Origin: Terriglobales bacterium
Lineage (GTDB): Bacteria; Acidobacteriota; Terriglobia; Terriglobales; Acidobacteriaceae
Reading direction: 5' to 3'
Assembly: GCA_041691575.1 (NCBI GenBank)
Contig: JBEPUJ010000014.1
Span: forward strand, 24,238-88,237
Length of the DNA: 64,000 nt
In this document: positions 10,879 to 19,414 of the stretch, in pieces
How positions within the stretch are numbered: the stretch's first letter is position 1
Layout: every line of letters begins with the position of its first letter
Position numbers and translations under genes: made by a program
Notes under the pieces: generated by a model
Told to the model about the DNA's origin: nothing
Seen by the model: the letters and a program-made list of their open reading frames with translations, nothing else
The model's database searches: none

Positions 10879-12201
10879 ATGAGACCGGCATTGAATTTTT
10901 CTGCTGTAGACCTTAGTGCATCCGATGCCGCTTTGAACCGCGCGATCTCGCGAACGATCAGGCGGCTGGCACCCTGCCTGATGCTCATGTACGTCGTCTC
11001 ATTTCTCGACCGCTCGAATATCGGTTTTGCCAAGCAGGCGTTGCAGCAATCGGAAGGTATCTCAGAGGCTGTCTATGCTCTGGGCGCGGGCCTGTTTTTT
11101 ATCAGCTATTCCCTGTGCGGATTCCCCAGCAACCTGATTCTTTATAAAGTGGGCGCGAAGATCTGGCTGGCTGTACTCATGGCGGGCTGGGGAGTCGTGT
11201 CGATGGCCACCATGTTCATCAGCGGAGCCACCTCGTTCTACCTGTTGCGGCTGCTGCTCGGCGTACTGGAGGCCGGTTTTTTCCCGGGCGCGATCCTCTA
11301 CCTGACCTATTGGTTCCCGAACCGTGCTCGCGGCCGGGTTCTTGGACTGTTCTACCTGGGGGTTCCGCTTGCTCTCATCGTTGGCGGCCCGCTCTCGGGG
11401 ATGCTGCTGGAGATCCGTCCGTGGGGCGGGCTCCAAGGCTGGCAGTGGATGTTTCTTGTGGAAGGCTTTATCGCAGTCGCTGTCGGGGGCTTCGCATTCT
11501 GGTATCTGGATGACAGGCCGTCCAATGCTGCATGGCTGTCCGCGGAGGAGAAACAGGCGCTGGCGAAGGCATTGGCTTCTGAAGAGGAGGAGCGGCACTC
11601 TGTTGGGCCCGCGGAGATTCTCCCCATGCTGCGTGATCGTCGGGTCATGCATTTTCTGCTGATCTATGCCCTCATCCAGATCAGCACCTATGGGGCTGTC
11701 TTCTATCTTCCTGTTGAGATATCGGCCCTGCTGCATAAGCCGGTGGGGATCGAAGTCGGCCTGGTGTCGGCAATCCCGTGGATTTGCACGCTGGTCGCTG
11801 TCTATTTCCTGCCGCGCGCAGCCGATAAGTTCAATAAACATCGGCAACTCGCATCGCTGGCGCTGCTGATCTCGGGTTGCGCCAGTTTTGCGTTTCCCAC
11901 TGCCGGGCCACGCATGGGACTGGTCATGCTTTCGCTTGCGGTCACAGGATTTATTGCCGTGCAACCGCTCTTCTGGACGTTTCCAACGGGATACCTGGCC
12001 GACCGCGCCGCGGCCGGCGGGATCGCGGTGATAGGAATGGGCAATCTGGGCGGATTCCTTGCACCCAACCTGAAGGTCTGGACCGACGAATATTTTGGTT
12101 CACAGCGGGCGGGCTTGTATCTTCTGGCGGGACTTACGGTTCTAAACGCGGGCTTGATCCTGCTTGTGAAAAATCGCCGCGTGGCCGAACGAGCGAAGTG
12201 A
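10879..12201 (+). CDS. MFS transporter, anion:cation symporter family (RhmT/TtuB-like sugar-acid transporter)
   Basis: FLDRSNIGFA, LGVLEAGFFPG, 12-TM pattern. Confidence 0.85.
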   Translation: MRPALNFSAVDLSASDAALNRAISRTIRRLAPCLMLMYVVSFLDRSNIGFAKQALQQSEGISEAVYALGAGLFFISYSLCGFPSNLILYKVGAKIWLAVLMAGWGVVSMATMFISGATSFYLLRLLLGVLEAGFFPGAILYLTYWFPNRARGRVLGLFYLGVPLALIVGGPLSGMLLEIRPWGGLQGWQWMFLVEGFIAVAVGGFAFWYLDDRPSNAAWLSAEEKQALAKALASEEEERHSVGPAEILPMLRDRRVMHFLLIYALIQISTYGAVFYLPVEISALLHKPVGIEVGLVSAIPWICTLVAVYFLPRAADKFNKHRQLASLALLISGCASFAFPTAGPRMGLVMLSLAVTGFIAVQPLFWTFPTGYLADRAAAGGIAVIGMGNLGGFLAPNLKVWTDEYFGSQRAGLYLLAGLTVLNAGLILLVKNRRVAERAK

Positions 12202-12237
12202 AGCCCGGGGAACAAGCGGTGGCTGGAACCAAGGAAA

Positions 12238-12346
12238 AATACAGGGATCTCTCCACTGCGCCGCGCGATAAAACCGCGCGGCTTCGGTCGAGATGACGTG
12301 GATTTGGGGTGGGCGAAACCGTGGCTTCGGTCGAGATGACGTTTTT
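12238..12346. repeat. REP-like palindromic repeat (family C, copy 2, with partial tandem tail)
   Basis: Matches 10610-10670; GGCTTCGGTCGAGATGACG recurs at about 12323-12341. Confidence 0.8.
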
Positions 12347-12439
12347 GCAGTGGAATTAAGCGGGTTCTGAATTCGTCTAGAGGATCTCGAAACTCGCGCC
12401 GTGCAGTTTATCTGAGACGAGTGGGTTAAGATGGCGTGC

Positions 12440-13624
12440 ATGGATATTGCTGCGATTCAGGCTGCGCTTCGTGACCAGAAATTGGATGGGTGGCTGTTTT
12501 ACGATCACCATCATCGCGATCCACTTGCCTACCGCATCCTGGGGCTCGACGAAGATTCTTTCGTCTCCCGCCGCTGGTTCTACTTCATCCCCGCGCAGGG
12601 CCAGGCCGGCAAACTCGTCCACCGCATCGAGTCCGGCAAACTCGATACTCTGCCCGGCTCCAAGGAAGAGTACTCGTCGTGGCAGGAGTTGGAGCAGAAG
12701 CTCGAAACGATGGTGGGGGGAGCAGGAAAAGTCGCGATGCAGTACTCCCCGCGCAATGCGATTATGTACGTCTCCATGGTCGATGCCGGGACGATTGAGC
12801 TGGTTCGCGGCATGGGAATGGAAGTCGTCTCTTCCTCCGATCTGGTCAGCATCTTCGAGGCCGTCCTCAGCGAAGCCCAGATTGCCAGCCACTACGCGGC
12901 CCAGCAAAAGCTCGACGAAGTGCTTCGCGCCGGGTGGAACCGCATCGGCGAAGCTGCCCGCAAGGGGGGCACCGACGAGCACACCGACGAGCACAGTATG
13001 GTCACCTTCCTGCAGGAGGGCATCGAGCGCGCCGGTCTCTGGACCGATCACGGCCCCAACGTCTCGGTCGGCGCGAACTCGGCGGACTCGCATTACGAGC
13101 CTACGGCAGCGTCCTCCAGGCCCATTCGCTCGGGCGACTTCGTCCTGATCGATATCTGGGCCAAACTCGCGCATGATCCACAGGCCGTCTGGTACGACAT
13201 CACCTGGACCGGCGTTGTTGACCGCGAGCCGACAGAGCGCGAGCAGAACATCTTCGAGACCGTCCGTAACGCTCGCGACGCATCCATCGCTGTGGTCAAA
13301 GATGCCTTTGCCTCGAATACCCCGATTGCCGGTTGGGAGGCGGATGACGCCGCTCGCGAGGTGATTCGGCGAGCCGGGTTTGGGGAGTGGTTTACGCATC
13401 GGACGGGGCACAATATCGGCACGGTGATCCATGGGAATGGAGCGAATCTCGACAATCTGGAGACGCACGATGAGCGGCGGATTCTGCCGAATACCTGCTT
13501 TTCGGTGGAGCCGGGGATCTATTTTCCCGGTGAGTTCGGGGTGCGCAGCGAGATCGATATGATGACACGAGCGGGGAAGGCCGAGGTGACGGGAAGGATA
13601 CAGACGGAGTTGGTGCGGGTGTAG
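12440..13624 (+). CDS. M24 family metallopeptidase (Xaa-Pro peptidase-like)
   Basis: DIWAK, YDITW, HRTGHNIG, SVEPGIY, GVRSEID metal ligands; alternative start 12431. Confidence 0.9.
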   Translation: MDIAAIQAALRDQKLDGWLFYDHHHRDPLAYRILGLDEDSFVSRRWFYFIPAQGQAGKLVHRIESGKLDTLPGSKEEYSSWQELEQKLETMVGGAGKVAMQYSPRNAIMYVSMVDAGTIELVRGMGMEVVSSSDLVSIFEAVLSEAQIASHYAAQQKLDEVLRAGWNRIGEAARKGGTDEHTDEHSMVTFLQEGIERAGLWTDHGPNVSVGANSADSHYEPTAASSRPIRSGDFVLIDIWAKLAHDPQAVWYDITWTGVVDREPTEREQNIFETVRNARDASIAVVKDAFASNTPIAGWEADDAAREVIRRAGFGEWFTHRTGHNIGTVIHGNGANLDNLETHDERRILPNTCFSVEPGIYFPGEFGVRSEIDMMTRAGKAEVTGRIQTELVRV

Positions 13625-13643
13625 CCGCCGCCGCGTAACTGCT

Positions 13644-14072
13644 ATGATGACAACTGAAATGGCGAATAACGTACAGGTTCCGGCGCGCGCCGCTGGCAGA
13701 TCTTCTTCGATGGCGCTTCTGGTGCTGGTTGCCGGATGGCTGGTTCCGGGTGCAGGTCATCTGCTGCTGGGAAAATGGGTGCGGGGACTGGTGCTGTTTG
13801 TGACGCTGGTGCTGATGTTCAGCATCGGCATCGCTCTGCGGGGCAAGATCTACTCGCCCAATACAGGCGATCTGCTGGACATTCTGAACTTTGCGGGCGA
13901 CCTGGGGACGGGGCTGCTCTATGTTGTGGCGAAGGTCTTTGATCTTGGCCAGGCGGCGGTGGTCACGGTTACGGGCGACTATGGGACCAAGTTCATGGTG
14001 GTGGCGGGGCTGCTGAACGTAATTGCGGCGGTGGACGCGCATTCGCTGGCGACCGGGAGGAAAGCCTCTTGA
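13644..14072 (+). CDS. Small membrane protein (DUF6677-like)
   Basis: WLVPGAGHLLLGK...AGLLNVIAAVDA pattern. Confidence 0.6.
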   Translation: MMTTEMANNVQVPARAAGRSSSMALLVLVAGWLVPGAGHLLLGKWVRGLVLFVTLVLMFSIGIALRGKIYSPNTGDLLDILNFAGDLGTGLLYVVAKVFDLGQAAVVTVTGDYGTKFMVVAGLLNVIAAVDAHSLATGRKAS

Positions 14073-14074
14073 CG

Positions 14075-14245
14075 ATGACGCATTTTGAAGCAGTGCTGCT
14101 GTTCGCCCTGTTTACCTCGGTGGTCTTCGGCATTACGCAGCGGTCGGAGCCACGGATGATGATCCGGTTTGGCGCGTTCTGCTTTGGGTTGTTCGTGGTG
14201 GGGACGATTGCGGCAAGCTGGTTGATGTGGCTGATCAAACACTAG
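14075..14245 (+). CDS. 56-aa two-TM membrane protein (not in the supplied track)
   Basis: Hand translation MTHFEAVLLFALFTSVVFGITQRSEPRMMIRFGAFCFGLFVVGTIAASWLMWLIKH; starts 2 nt after the preceding stop. Confidence 0.65.
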   Translation: MTHFEAVLLFALFTSVVFGITQRSEPRMMIRFGAFCFGLFVVGTIAASWLMWLIKH

Positions 14246-14302
14246 AGCAAATTTCTTAATGGTGTATCGCGACCTGTGGCAAGGAGATGGATCGGGCCTT
14301 CA

Positions 14303-14430
14303 GAGGCTGCTGAAGAACTCCGTTGCGGTGCGCAAAGAGCCCTCAGCGGCTAAAGCCGCACTGCCAGCAAAGCATTTACAGCACGGCTGAAGCCGTGTCC
14401 TTAACAAAACTGGACTTTTTCAGCAACCTC
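14303..14430 (+). mobile_element. 128-bp MITE-like element with GAGGYTGCTGAA ends carrying the same double hairpin (family B, copy 1)
   Basis: Ends GAGGCTGCTGAAGAA / TTTTTCAGCAACCTC; CTTCA duplicated at 14298-302 and 14431-35. Confidence 0.75.
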
Positions 14431-14461
14431 CTTCAGCCGTTGCCCTCCGGTACTCCCGCGG

Positions 14462-14507
14462 ACCTAGGGCTTTGCCCTAAGCTGGTATAGTCCGCGCCCT
14501 TGGCGCT
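14462..14507. repeat. Two-hairpin REP-like element (single copy here)
   Basis: TAGGGC-TTT-GCCCTA ... GCGCC-CTT-GGCGC. Confidence 0.45.
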
Positions 14508-14549
14508 ATGGTCGCCGAATTCCATATACCACAAGAAAATCCGCTCTGG

Positions 14550-14668
14550 GGAGCTTCTGATTAAGTCAGGCTCTGTTAAGGGCACGGCTTCAGCCGTGCC
14601 GTAAGCGCGTTGCTTGCAGTGCGGCTTTAGCCGCTGAGGGAATCTTCGGAGACTTAATCAGACCTTCC
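14550..14668 (-). mobile_element. Family A MITE, copy 2 (119 bp)
   Basis: Reverse copy of 10735-10853; CTGG duplicated at 14546-49 and 14669-72. Confidence 0.8.
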
Positions 14669-14688
14669 CTGGGGCTCAGCTCTGCAGG

Positions 14689-16722
14689 TCAGGGGCGGTC
14701 GTTGAGCTGGTGTTCCAGTTTTGACACGAGTTCCAGCAGCTTCTGTTTTTCCTGGATGGCTTCGTCGATATCCTGAATGGCGAGCACAGCGCCCACGATA
14801 CTTCCGTTCTTTCCGCAGACGGGCGCAGCGGTCGTCCTGATCCAGGCGTGGGTGCCGTCGCCGCGCCGATAGAGAATCTCTTCGGGATCGGTTGTCTGGC
14901 CACTGCCGATGGCGCGTTCGATGGGATATTCTTCGGCCCCGAAGCTGCGTCCATCGGCGTGGAAGAGATTCGATTGGCGGTAAGTATCAATACTTTTACC
15001 GATGGGGATGGCGCGGCGTAATATCGCCTCCGCCCGAGGATTGCTCATAAGGACGCGGCCGTTAGGAACGTCTGCGATGAGGATGCCTACAGGGACGGCG
15101 TCGAAGATGGCCCTGAGAAGAGCCTCGCTTTCGCGGAGAGCCTCTTCAGCTTTTTTGCGGTCGTCGATATCTTCGAGATTTCCATACCAACGGATAATCC
15201 CGCCGGAGGAGTCCCGGCGCGCCGCCGCGTGGGAGCGCACCCAGCGCCACACTCCATCGCCGTGGCCGATACGAAATTCGATATCCAGCGAACGTCCGCT
15301 TCGCAGGGAAGCGTTCCATCGATGAAGGGTTGGCACAACGTCGTCGGGATGCAGTCCCTTGATCCAACCGTCGCCGTGCGTTTGTTCCGATGTCAATCCC
15401 GTGGCCGTCTGCCAGAGCGGGCCCGCTTCGAGAATCATGCCTTGGGGATCGCTTGTCCAGGGAACCTGAGGACTCAGCTGGACGGAGTGGCGGTAGTGGT
15501 CTTCGCTCTCGCGAAGAGCCTCTTCGGCGAGCTTGCGTTTGGTGATGTTGATGACGGCGATGGAGATGCCGATCACCTCATCGGCTTCATCGCGGACGGG
15601 CTGGTAGCTGACGAGAAAGGTCCGGGGATGACCATCGGCGTTGGGTCGTGGGCTGGAGATTTCGAGATCGTTGAAGGATTCCCCCCTGAGAGCGCTCCGG
15701 ATATATGGTTCGAGAGTAGGGAAGAGCTCGGGGATCATCTCCTGGATAGGTCTGCCAAGATGGTCGGCGACGGGAGCGCCATTGATCTCGGCGAGGCGCT
15801 GGTTGATGCTGATGTAGCGGAGATTGCGGTCGACAAAGCAGAGGCCGACGGGAGCGCCGTCGTAGATTGCCTGCAACTGGGCGAGGCGCTGCGCGGGAAG
15901 GGCTTCGAGGCTGGGCAGCCTGTCGTCGCCGGAAGATTCCGGGCCGGCGGTAAGTGCCAGCGGCCAGACGGAGAGAACGCTGGGCAGGTCACATGCGGGA
16001 ATGGGAGGGCCATAGAGCCAGCCCTGGCCGCGATCGCAGCCCAGCCGGAGGAGCATGTCGGCCTGGGCTTTGGTCTCGACGCCTTCGGCGACCGTGGTGA
16101 GGCCCAGGCTATGGCCGAGGCCGATGACGGCAGCGACGATCTTTCTGCTCTCACGCGTGTCCGACATCTCGCGGATGAAGCTGGCGTCGACCTTGAGTTC
16201 GTCGAAGGGCAGGGACTGGAGATGACGGAGGCTGGAGTAGCCGGTGCCGAAGTCGTCGAGGGCAAGGCGTACACCGAGAGTCTTCAACTGCTGCGCGATG
16301 GAAAGCGCCTGGTCCATGTTGTCGATCAGAGCGCTCTCGGTGATCTCGAGGACGAGCCGGGAAAGAGAAAAACCTGTATCTTGCGCGGCGGAAAGAATTT
16401 GGTCGGGGAGAGAGCGGTCATGAAACTGGAGGGCGGAGATATTGAACGAGATGGAGATATCTTCGGAGTTGGAGCTTGCCGGGGCCGAGACAAAGACCTT
16501 GTGCAATAGATTTCGAGTGAGCGTGCTGATCACGCCGATATCTTCGGCGAGCGGGATGAACACATCCGGCGCGATGGAGCCGTGGGCAGCGTGGCGCCAG
16601 CGGGCGAGGGCCTCGAAGCCGGTGAGGAGGCCGGTGCGTAATTCTACCTGGGGCTGGAAGTAAGGAACGATTTCATCTGCGTCCAGAGCCCTGCGTAGAT
16701 CGGTCGCGTAGGATGCTGCCAT
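14689..16722 (-). CDS. EAL c-di-GMP phosphodiesterase followed by three PAS domains
   Basis: FEALARW, DDFGTGYSSL, AEGVET; three PAS/PAC repeats; no GGDEF. Confidence 0.88.
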   Translation of the reverse strand: MAASYATDLRRALDADEIVPYFQPQVELRTGLLTGFEALARWRHAAHGSIAPDVFIPLAEDIGVISTLTRNLLHKVFVSAPASSNSEDISISFNISALQFHDRSLPDQILSAAQDTGFSLSRLVLEITESALIDNMDQALSIAQQLKTLGVRLALDDFGTGYSSLRHLQSLPFDELKVDASFIREMSDTRESRKIVAAVIGLGHSLGLTTVAEGVETKAQADMLLRLGCDRGQGWLYGPPIPACDLPSVLSVWPLALTAGPESSGDDRLPSLEALPAQRLAQLQAIYDGAPVGLCFVDRNLRYISINQRLAEINGAPVADHLGRPIQEMIPELFPTLEPYIRSALRGESFNDLEISSPRPNADGHPRTFLVSYQPVRDEADEVIGISIAVINITKRKLAEEALRESEDHYRHSVQLSPQVPWTSDPQGMILEAGPLWQTATGLTSEQTHGDGWIKGLHPDDVVPTLHRWNASLRSGRSLDIEFRIGHGDGVWRWVRSHAAARRDSSGGIIRWYGNLEDIDDRKKAEEALRESEALLRAIFDAVPVGILIADVPNGRVLMSNPRAEAILRRAIPIGKSIDTYRQSNLFHADGRSFGAEEYPIERAIGSGQTTDPEEILYRRGDGTHAWIRTTAAPVCGKNGSIVGAVLAIQDIDEAIQEKQKLLELVSKLEHQLNDRP

Positions 16723-16786
16723 GGCTGGCCAGAAGAATACACTCTATAAAGAACGGTTGCACCATAACTTTTGGTAAAGGGGAGAG

Positions 16787-17140
16787 ATGAGCACGGACAA
16801 GATGAGCATGGTTCGAGGGCAAGAGGCGCAGAGCTTCACCCCGGAGGCAGGAATGACGCGGCAGGTACTGGCGCACAACGATCAGTTAATGCTGGTGAGA
16901 CATTACTTTGAGCAGGGTTGGGTGGGCGCGCGGCATAGCCACCCTCATCACCAGTTGGTGTATGTGGTGAAGGGATCGCTGCGCGTGGATATAGATGGGA
17001 AGAAGACGTTCGATGTATCGGCGGGAGACAGTTTTGTAGTCGACGGAGGCGTGGAGCATCAGGCTTCGGCGCTGGAAGCTTCGGAGGTGCTGGATGTGTT
17101 TACGCCGGTGCGGGAAGAGTATCGGGATCTGGTGAAGTAG
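16787..17140 (+). CDS. Cupin, KdgF-like
   Basis: HSHPHHQ...GVEH...DVFTPVREEY. Confidence 0.8.
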   Translation: MSTDKMSMVRGQEAQSFTPEAGMTRQVLAHNDQLMLVRHYFEQGWVGARHSHPHHQLVYVVKGSLRVDIDGKKTFDVSAGDSFVVDGGVEHQASALEASEVLDVFTPVREEYRDLVK

Positions 17141-17216
17141 GGTGGGTGGGGCAGCCGAGGTTGGCTGCCCTACTAGTTAGAGCGGCGTCTCCGGTGGTGC
17201 ATCGGTACCCCAAACC

Positions 17217-17250
17217 GCAGATTCCTCCGCTTCGCTGCGGAATAACAACC
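17217..17250. repeat. REP-like hairpin between convergent genes
   Basis: GCAGATTCCTCCGCTTCGCTGCGGAATAACAA; family assignment from memory, single copy here. Confidence 0.4.
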
Positions 17251-17289
17251 AAAAGGAATCAAAACTCTACACCAATGGGAGTTCCTGCT

Positions 17290-18213
17290 CTAAGGTTTGG
17301 TGGCGCGGTAGAGGCCGGCGGTGCCGAAGGTGTAGCTGGTCCAGGTGGGGTCGGTGAAGCCGGCGTTGGCGATGAGTTCGATCATGCGGGCGGGGCGGGG
17401 GAAGCGGGCTACGGAGTCGGGGAGATAGGTGTAGGCTGCCGGGTCTCCGGAGATGAGGCCGCCGAAGCGGGGGAGAATCTGCTTGAAGTAGAGGTTGTAG
17501 AGCGCTCCGGTGATGCCTTCGGGCTGGTTGAAGTCGAGGATGCCGATCTGGCCGCCGGGGCGGAGGATGCGGTGAAGTTCGGCGAGGCCTGCTTCGTAGT
17601 TGCTCAGGTTGCGGAAGCCGAAGGCTGAGATGACGAGATCGATGGAGTTGTCGGCCAGGGGCAGGTGGAGGGCGTCGGCTTCGATGGGGAGGATGTTGTG
17701 CGAGGCGAACTTTTCGGCTCCGCGGGAGAGCATCTGGTGGGAGAAGTCTACAGCGAGGATGGGGGCGATTTCAGGGTTGTCGTCTCCTATCCTTCGCGAT
17801 GAAGCTGCGAAGGATGGGGCACCCGGAGTGTCTTCCCTCTCGATGAGGGGTTGATCTGAATTTTGTGGCGATTCTCCCACCTTAGCGACGATAGAACTGT
17901 CGCGAAGATGGGGCACCCGGTTTTGTGCTGCTGAGGGGCGGTGCTTGAGCAGGGCGAGGGTCATGTCGCCGGTGCCGCAGCAGAGGTCGAGGGCGACGGC
18001 TTCGGGGCGCTGGAGGATGGGGCGGAAGCTGCGGGCGGCCCGGGACCACCACCAGCGGTCGATGCCGATCGAGAGAACATGGTTGAGCAGATCGTACTTC
18101 GGGGCAATGGTGTCGAACATCTGCTGGACGTTCGCGGCGGCGTCCTGATCGGTGGTGGCGCCGATGGGACGGGCTCCGGTGGTACGTTCGTGTTCGGGTA
18201 GCTGCGCTGCCAT
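17290..18213 (-). CDS. ubiE: UbiE/MenG quinone methyltransferase with a ~55-aa internal insertion
   Basis: MFDTIAPKYDLLNHVLS, LDLCCGTGD, ISAFGFRN, LRPGG; overlaps the aroB stop (TAATG). Confidence 0.9.
   Translation of the reverse strand: MAAQLPEHERTTGARPIGATTDQDAAANVQQMFDTIAPKYDLLNHVLSIGIDRWWWSRAARSFRPILQRPEAVALDLCCGTGDMTLALLKHRPSAAQNRVPHLRDSSIVAKVGESPQNSDQPLIEREDTPGAPSFAASSRRIGDDNPEIAPILAVDFSHQMLSRGAEKFASHNILPIEADALHLPLADNSIDLVISAFGFRNLSNYEAGLAELHRILRPGGQIGILDFNQPEGITGALYNLYFKQILPRFGGLISGDPAAYTYLPDSVARFPRPARMIELIANAGFTDPTWTSYTFGTAGLYRATKP
17785..17920 (-). repeat. Two in-frame copies of palindromic family D inside ubiE (17785-17826, 17875-17920)
   Basis: ATCCTTCGC-GATGAAGCT-GCGAAGGAT-GGGGCACCCG and CCCACCTTAGCGAC-GATAGAACT-GTCGCGAAG-ATGGGGCACCCG. 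Confidence 0.85.
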
Positions 18214-19349
18214 TACCGCTTGCGCTTTCGTGCGGCTGTGGGTTTGGGCGCAGCGGTGTGCTGGCGCATGAGAGCGAGCATGGATTCGGCGGCGGTGAGG
18301 AGTTCGGCGGAGGTGACGTCGCGGACGATCTGGACGGTGCCGATGCCGGTGGGCAGGATGAAGGAGAGCGTGCCGCTGCGGTTCTTCTTGTCGCCGGCGG
18401 TGAGAGCTACCAGCTTTGCGGCGGCGGCCTTGAAGGGCGAGAGCGGGCCGTAGCCGAGGATGAGCGCGATGATGCGATCGGACTGCGCCTGCGTGATGAG
18501 CTTGCGCGATAGGCCGAGGTGAGTGGCGGCGATCGAGCCCCAGCCTACGGCTTCGCCGTGGAGGAGTTGCTTGTAGCTGGTGGCGGCCTCGATGGCGTGG
18601 CCGAGGGTGTGGCCGTAGTTGAGGATCATGCGCAGGCCGGACTCGCGCTCGTCGTTGGCGACGACGTTGGCCTTGACGCGGACGCTGGCGGCGACGACGT
18701 GGGCGAGCGCCCTGGCGTCTCCGCTGAGGACGGCTTCGGCATTCTGTTCGAGGTATTTGAAGAGGCGGGGATCGCGGATGATTCCGGCTTTGACGGACTC
18801 TTGTAGCCCGGCGCGGAGTTGGGCAGGGGGCAGGGTGGCGAGAAGTTCGGTGTCGGCGAGGACGGCGAGGGGATGGTTGAAGCTGCCGACGAGATTTTTT
18901 CCGGCGACGAGATTGACTCCGGTCTTGCCGCCGATGGAGGAGTCGACCTGCGCGAGGAGAGTGGTGGGAATTTGGATGTAGGGAATGCCGCGCATGTAGA
19001 TGGCGGCGAGGAAGCCGGTGACGTCGCCGATGACGCCGCCGCCGAAGGCGATGAGCAGCGAGTCGCGGTCCGCTCCGGCGGTGGCCAGTTGCTGGGCGAG
19101 CGATTCCACGCTGGCGAGACGCTTGTGGGCTTCGCCGCTGGGAAGGAAGAGAACGGTGGGCGGTTGCTTGAAGGAGGCGAGAACCTGCTTGTGCCAGAGG
19201 CCCCAGATGTTGGGCGAGGTGACGATGAAAGGGCGGAAGGGCTTGCCTTGCATCAGCTTGTTGAGGCGCGGCGCGAGCGTCCGCAGGAGACCGGAGGCGA
19301 TGGTGATGTCGTAGGCGGCGGAGGGAGTCTTAAGGGCGATGACTGGCAC
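18213..19349 (-). CDS. aroB: 3-dehydroquinate synthase
   Basis: [36 protein letters not shown]. Confidence 0.97.
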   Translation of the reverse strand: MPVIALKTPSAAYDITIASGLLRTLAPRLNKLMQGKPFRPFIVTSPNIWGLWHKQVLASFKQPPTVLFLPSGEAHKRLASVESLAQQLATAGADRDSLLIAFGGGVIGDVTGFLAAIYMRGIPYIQIPTTLLAQVDSSIGGKTGVNLVAGKNLVGSFNHPLAVLADTELLATLPPAQLRAGLQESVKAGIIRDPRLFKYLEQNAEAVLSGDARALAHVVAASVRVKANVVANDERESGLRMILNYGHTLGHAIEAATSYKQLLHGEAVGWGSIAATHLGLSRKLITQAQSDRIIALILGYGPLSPFKAAAAKLVALTAGDKKNRSGTLSFILPTGIGTVQIVRDVTSAELLTAAESMLALMRQHTAAPKPTAARKRKR

Positions 19350-19414
19350 AATATCTCCATCGTATCGCGTATTGCGATGATTCTGCGGGGGCTTTTGGGT
19401 AGTAGCATCGAAGG

